Source of the DNA: Candidatus Dormiibacterota bacterium
GTDB taxonomy: Bacteria; Chloroflexota; Dormibacteria; Aeolococcales; Aeolococcaceae
Assembly (NCBI GenBank): GCA_963777445.1
Contig: CAVZQR010000017.1
Span: forward strand, 197,226-261,225
Direction: 5' to 3'
Length of the DNA: 64,000 nt
Part shown: positions 60,138 through 64,000 of the stretch, in pieces
Numbering within the stretch: position 1 is the first letter of the stretch
How the letters are laid out: every line of letters starts with the position of its first letter
The notes under the pieces: model-generated
The model's input: only the letters and a program-made list of their open reading frames with translations
What the model was told of the DNA's origin: nothing
Databases searched by the model: none
Program-made: the position numbers and the translations under genes

Positions 60138-62476
60138 ATGAAGGCCAAGACAATCGGCGTCGGCCTCATGGCCGCCCTGTGCCTCGGCGTCATCGGGGTC
60201 GTCGCAGTCCTGGGAATTCAAGGCGCCTACAGCGCCAACCTGACGTCGGAACGATCGAAGCTCACCGCCACGGCCCAGGTCACTGCCGCGTTCGTTGCCA
60301 GGGAGATGGCGAGCGTCGTGGAGCTCGAGCAGTTGACTGTCAAGGCCCCCGGCTTCGTGGCCGCGCTGGGAACCGGCGAGGCCGGCCACTACCGGCTTGG
60401 CGTCATCCAGGTGGCGCTCGATCAGCTCGCTGACCCTCGAGCCGGACTTCCAATTTGCATCCATCGCGGATGCGGACGGGACCGTACGGGCGATCTCGCC
60501 GAAGGATCCATCGCTCATCGGCGAGAACTTCGCCTACCGCGACTGGTACGTCGGCATCATGCGAACTGGGACGCCGTATGTCTCCAATGCCTATGTCTCA
60601 GCGGTGGCGTGGAGCACCACTCCTCGTCGGGGTCGCGGCCCCCATCTACGGTGTCCATCCGGCCGGGCAGCGCGGGGCCCTGGTCGGGATCCTGCTCGTC
60701 GGCTACAAGATCGGCAGCGTTCAGGCCTTCACCAGTCACCTCTCCTCGTTGCAGCAGATTGGGCTCCAGCTGGCGGATCAGCAGGGCACCCTGATGACCA
60801 CACAGGCGGTCGCCGGAGGCTCCGTCGTCGGCACCGAAGGCCCAGCCCTGCTGGCCGCTCTCAACGGACGATCGGTCACGTCGATCTCCTCGGACACACT
60901 GTCCGCGGGAGCTCCGGTGGTGGGCATCGGCTGGGCGCTCAGCGTGAGCACGCCACTTTCGGCGACGCCTGCCGGGGCCGGGAGTGGGGAGGTCACCATC
61001 GTTGCCATCGGCCTGCTCGTGGCCCTCGGTCTCGGTGGCTGCGCAATCGTCGTCGTCACGGGACGGCTCGAACGCGCCTATTCGCGCCGTGAGGCTGCCG
61101 AGAACAAGCTGCGCGCGGTGCAGGAGTCGCTGACCGACGGCATCATCGTCTACGACGCCGCCGGCCGTCTCGCATCGATGAACCCGGCAACCCAGCATCT
61201 CTTCGACCTCGAGCCGGGTGATGAGACCGGCGCCTCCTTTGCGTCGAGATGCGAGCTGATCCGAGAGGACGGTGCGGCAGTCCCGATCGAGCAAAGCCCC
61301 GTCATCGCTCTGCAAAACACCGCTGCGCCCTACGGCGCCCCGACGCTGGGAATCCGCGGTCGGACGAGCCAAACGGTGAGGTGGCTGTCCTTCTCGACCT
61401 CGCCGATCGCCGACGCGCACGCGCGGATCAATGGGTTCGTCTCCAGCGTGCGAGACATCACGGAGCGACTCGAGATGATCCGGGCGCTGCGCATCGTCAG
61501 TGCGGCCTCGGCCGAGATGGGTGCAACACTCGACCGCGCCCGCGTGATCGCGGCTCTGACCGAGGCCGCATCTGACCTGTGCTCGGCGACCGGGGAGCCG
61601 CACCGGCGCGCTCAGCTGTTTCTCGTGGATGGCCTCACGATGGTCAGTGCGGGTGCTCACGACCCGGAGCAGGTCATCCTCATTGATGGCCTCAGCTACG
61701 AGATTGCCGATCATCCCTATGTGCACCAGGTGATCGCGACCCGCGAGGCGACCATGGCTCACCTCGATTACAGCGCCTTCGGCCCGTCGGTGGCCCCAGC
61801 CATGAAGCTTGCGGGTGTCACGAACTGTGTCTGGGTTCCGATGGTCAAGGACGGCGAGGTCTTCGCGATCCTTGCGGTTGCGGGACGCCAGAATGGCCTG
61901 GTGCGCCTCTCGACCCTTGAGCATCTCAAGGCGGTGGCGGCAATGGGGGTCCTCGCCCTCGCCAACGTTGCCTTGCACGACACGCTCGGCAACCTCGCCG
62001 GAACTGATCCGTTGACCGGGACGGCAAATCGTCGCGCTCTGAACGCCCGCATCATGCAGCTCCCGCGTTTGCCGTTCGCATTCGTGGCGATCGACGTCGA
62101 CGGACTCAAGCCCGTCAACGACACTCACGGCCACGCCGCCGGCGACGAACTTCTCGCGGCGGTCGCGGCGCGGATGCAGGCCGAGCTGCGGAGTGCGGAT
62201 GTGCTCGCGCGAACGGGCGGCGACGAATTCGTCGTGTTGATGGTGGGTTCCGATGCGACAGGGGCTGCCGAGCTCGCCACCCGTCTCAAGGAGTCGGTGT
62301 CCAGGCTCGTACTCCCATGGGGGAGCCCGAGCATCAGCGTCGGCTCAGCGGCCGGAGCAGTTGGCGCCGAACCGACCCTGGTCGCCGAGAAGGCGGACGG
62401 GGCGCTCTACGCCGCGAAGCAACTTCGGCACCGGTCCACGGCACTCAGCGTCCCGATCACCTCCGGGTCGCGATAG
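60138..62476 (+). CDS. Membrane sensor diguanylate cyclase (TM - Cache-like - TM - PAS - GAF - GGDEF), two frame changes
   Basis: TM1 is GVGLMAALCLGVIGVVAVLGI. The periplasmic part has FQFASIADADGTVRAISPKDPSLIGENFAYRDWY (Cache-like). TM2 is VTIVAIGLLVALGLGGCAIVVV. PAS is LTDGIIVYDAAGRLASMNPA...VSSVRDITER, followed by a GAF-like segment. The GGDEF domain has DPLTGTANRR...DVDGLKPVNDTHGHAAGDELL...ARTGGDEFVVL. Shifts near 60420 and 60608 link ORFs 60138-, 60397- and 60455-62476. Confidence 0.8.
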
Positions 62477-62500
62477 CTCCGGCGCGACGGCGCTTCTGAG

Positions 62501-62797
62501 TCAGGCGTCGACCGATCCGATGACCGGGCCGATCCGCCGCTCCGGTCCCCCGTCAAGCAACGGGGCCACGTTCGCACCCATCCACGTATTGCCCAGCTCG
62601 GTCGCCATGCGGTCCAGGACTTCGGCAGCGTCGGCGAAGATCACCAGGACGACTTGATCGTCCGCAACCTGGACCACTCGGAAGCCCTGGAATCCCTCGA
62701 TGGTGCGCATCTGGTCGGCCATTTCGCGCTCGGCCCGCGCGAAGAGTGCTGGGTCCACTGACTCCTTGAAGCGCAGCGTGTTGATGACGGCGTGCAT
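62501..62797 (-). CDS. Small ABM/Dabb-like (ferredoxin-fold) protein
   Basis: 98 aa. MHAVINTLRFKESVDPALFARAEREMADQMRTIEGFQGFRVVQVADDQVVLVIFADAAE resembles antibiotic-biosynthesis-monooxygenase-type domains. This is a weak family call. Confidence 0.5.
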   Translation of the reverse strand: MHAVINTLRFKESVDPALFARAEREMADQMRTIEGFQGFRVVQVADDQVVLVIFADAAEVLDRMATELGNTWMGANVAPLLDGGPERRIGPVIGSVDA

Positions 62798-62864
62798 GCG
62801 CGCAAGGATAATCGGTGGCGATTCGCCACTGACTCTGCACCCTGGCGCCTGGGAATGATCCGGG

Positions 62865-64000
62865 CTAGCGACGCGCGGTCAGGTCGTCCAGCATCGAGAA
62901 CAGCCGGTCGGCCACGTGCTTGGGGTTGACGCGATACCCGCCGTGCTCGTACTCGTTGGTGATCCAGGGCCGGCAATTGCCGACGAGCGACACCGTCTCG
63001 AGCGCCATGGCGCGCTCCACGTACAGGTCGTCCCAGTACACGGTGCCGACCACCGGGACGGTATTCGCGCGCAGCCGCGCGACGTCATACAGCGCCGGCC
63101 AGCCCTCGTGGTCCGCCAGAACGTTCGCGGCGTCGCGCAGCGGCTGGAGTTCGCGGAGCTCGTCGAGCATCCATGGAAACACGGCCTCGCCCGTGAAATA
63201 CGGTACGGGCTGCGCATCCAGCGCGTAGCGAGGATCGGCGAGTCGCGCGCGCTCCGCAGCCCACCTGGTCGCGGGGCCGCTGGAGTACGCCGCCTCGTGC
63301 AGCACCGTGTAGATGGGATTCGTCGCCGGCGCCATGGTCTCGGCGACATGCGCGTGCACCACACCGCTGAGCATGTGGAGCTGCTCGATGTCATTGTCCG
63401 CTCGCTCGATGATGCCGTGCAGTTCCGCAGCACCGTGCTGGTGGCCGATCGCTGTGCCCAGCATCAGAAAGCGGCGCGCGCTCAGACGCTGACCCTGGCC
63501 GTCGAGGTCTTCGTTCGATTCGAGGTGGTCGACGATCCTGCGCACCCGCGCGGCGTCACCGGGAAAACGCGCGTAGTACTCGGCGTTGCGCGTGGCGACA
63601 TGATTGAAGAGCCGGGTGCAGATCTCTTCGGTCTCGTGCAGGACCGGCGCGAATCCGCCGGTGATGATCACGCCGCGGACGTGCTCCGGCAGCAGCGACA
63701 GATAGGTCAGCGAGCAGAAGCCCCCGAAGCTCTGGCCGAAGACATACCAGTCCGCGTCCTCCCCATAGAGCGTGGCGCGGAATCGATCCGCATCACGCAC
63801 GATCGAGTCCTGACGGAAGTTGCGGAGATAGTCCCCGAGCGTCGCTGGGTCGGAGAACGGCAGCGAACGCGCCTCGAGCGGTGTGCTGAGCCCGGTGCCG
63901 CGCTGGTCGAGGAGCAGCACCCGATAGCGGGTCAGCAGCTGTTCGAGCCACCCACCGCGGTTGTCCGGAAAGCCAATCTCGTGGCCGGGACCGCCCTGGA
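62865..64000 (-). CDS. Alpha/beta hydrolase, prolyl aminopeptidase (S33)-like; 5' end outside the window
   Basis: ...LLLDQRGTGLSTP... (oxyanion region) and the nucleophile elbow FGQSFGGFCSLTY, with a long cap insert, as in proline iminopeptidase-type enzymes. The frame is open to the window edge. Confidence 0.8.
   Translation of the reverse strand, partial: QGGPGHEIGFPDNRGGWLEQLLTRYRVLLLDQRGTGLSTPLEARSLPFSDPATLGDYLRNFRQDSIVRDADRFRATLYGEDADWYVFGQSFGGFCSLTYLSLLPEHVRGVIITGGFAPVLHETEEICTRLFNHVATRNAEYYARFPGDAARVRRIVDHLESNEDLDGQGQRLSARRFLMLGTAIGHQHGAAELHGIIERADNDIEQLHMLSGVVHAHVAETMAPATNPIYTVLHEAAYSSGPATRWAAERARLADPRYALDAQPVPYFTGEAVFPWMLDELRELQPLRDAANVLADHEGWPALYDVARLRANTVPVVGTVYWDDLYVERAMALETVSLVGNCRPWITNEYEHGGYRVNPKHVADRLFSMLDDLTARR

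Overview
High-GC bacterial chromosomal segment. Sampled 60-nt lines are about 68 % GC, dropping to about 50-60 % between roughly 2.8 and 8.3 kb. Gene content and synteny look Actinomycetota-like: UPF0182, ClpS-DUF2017, DUF4012, an LPXTG substrate, and tilS-ftsH-DUF2520-panBC. The left 11.5 kb is a Wzx/Wzy-type polysaccharide locus: gmd, fcl, wzy, a sulfotransferase, an unassigned transferase-like ORF, wzx, a WcaF-like acetyltransferase, a GT4 and DUF4012. At 11.6-17.8 kb a small LPXTG Ig-like protein is divergent from a 1,807-aa secreted protein built from 28 Cys-x5-Cys propeller-type blades, 7 YVTN blades and a PKD domain. This protein is the most unusual object in the window. The rest is housekeeping: UPF0104/DegV/plsY/acyltransferase, glpX, pyrG, UPF0182, uvrA, clpC, rpsA, clpS, nadCB, panCB, ftsH, tilS, two tRNA-CAU genes, mazG, mfd, pth, ybeY and rpsU. 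There is also a UvrD-type helicase fused to a Cas4/AddB-like Fe-S nuclease and a Cache-PAS-GAF-GGDEF cyclase. I saw no rRNA, CRISPR array, transposase or integrase. About two dozen conserved reading frames are broken by single-nt indels. These are strongly clustered (fcl, DUF4012) but also hit essential genes (ftsH, pyrG, plsY), so the gene spans below bridge the frame changes. All calls were made by eye from the translations and the DNA; no database search or folding was possible.
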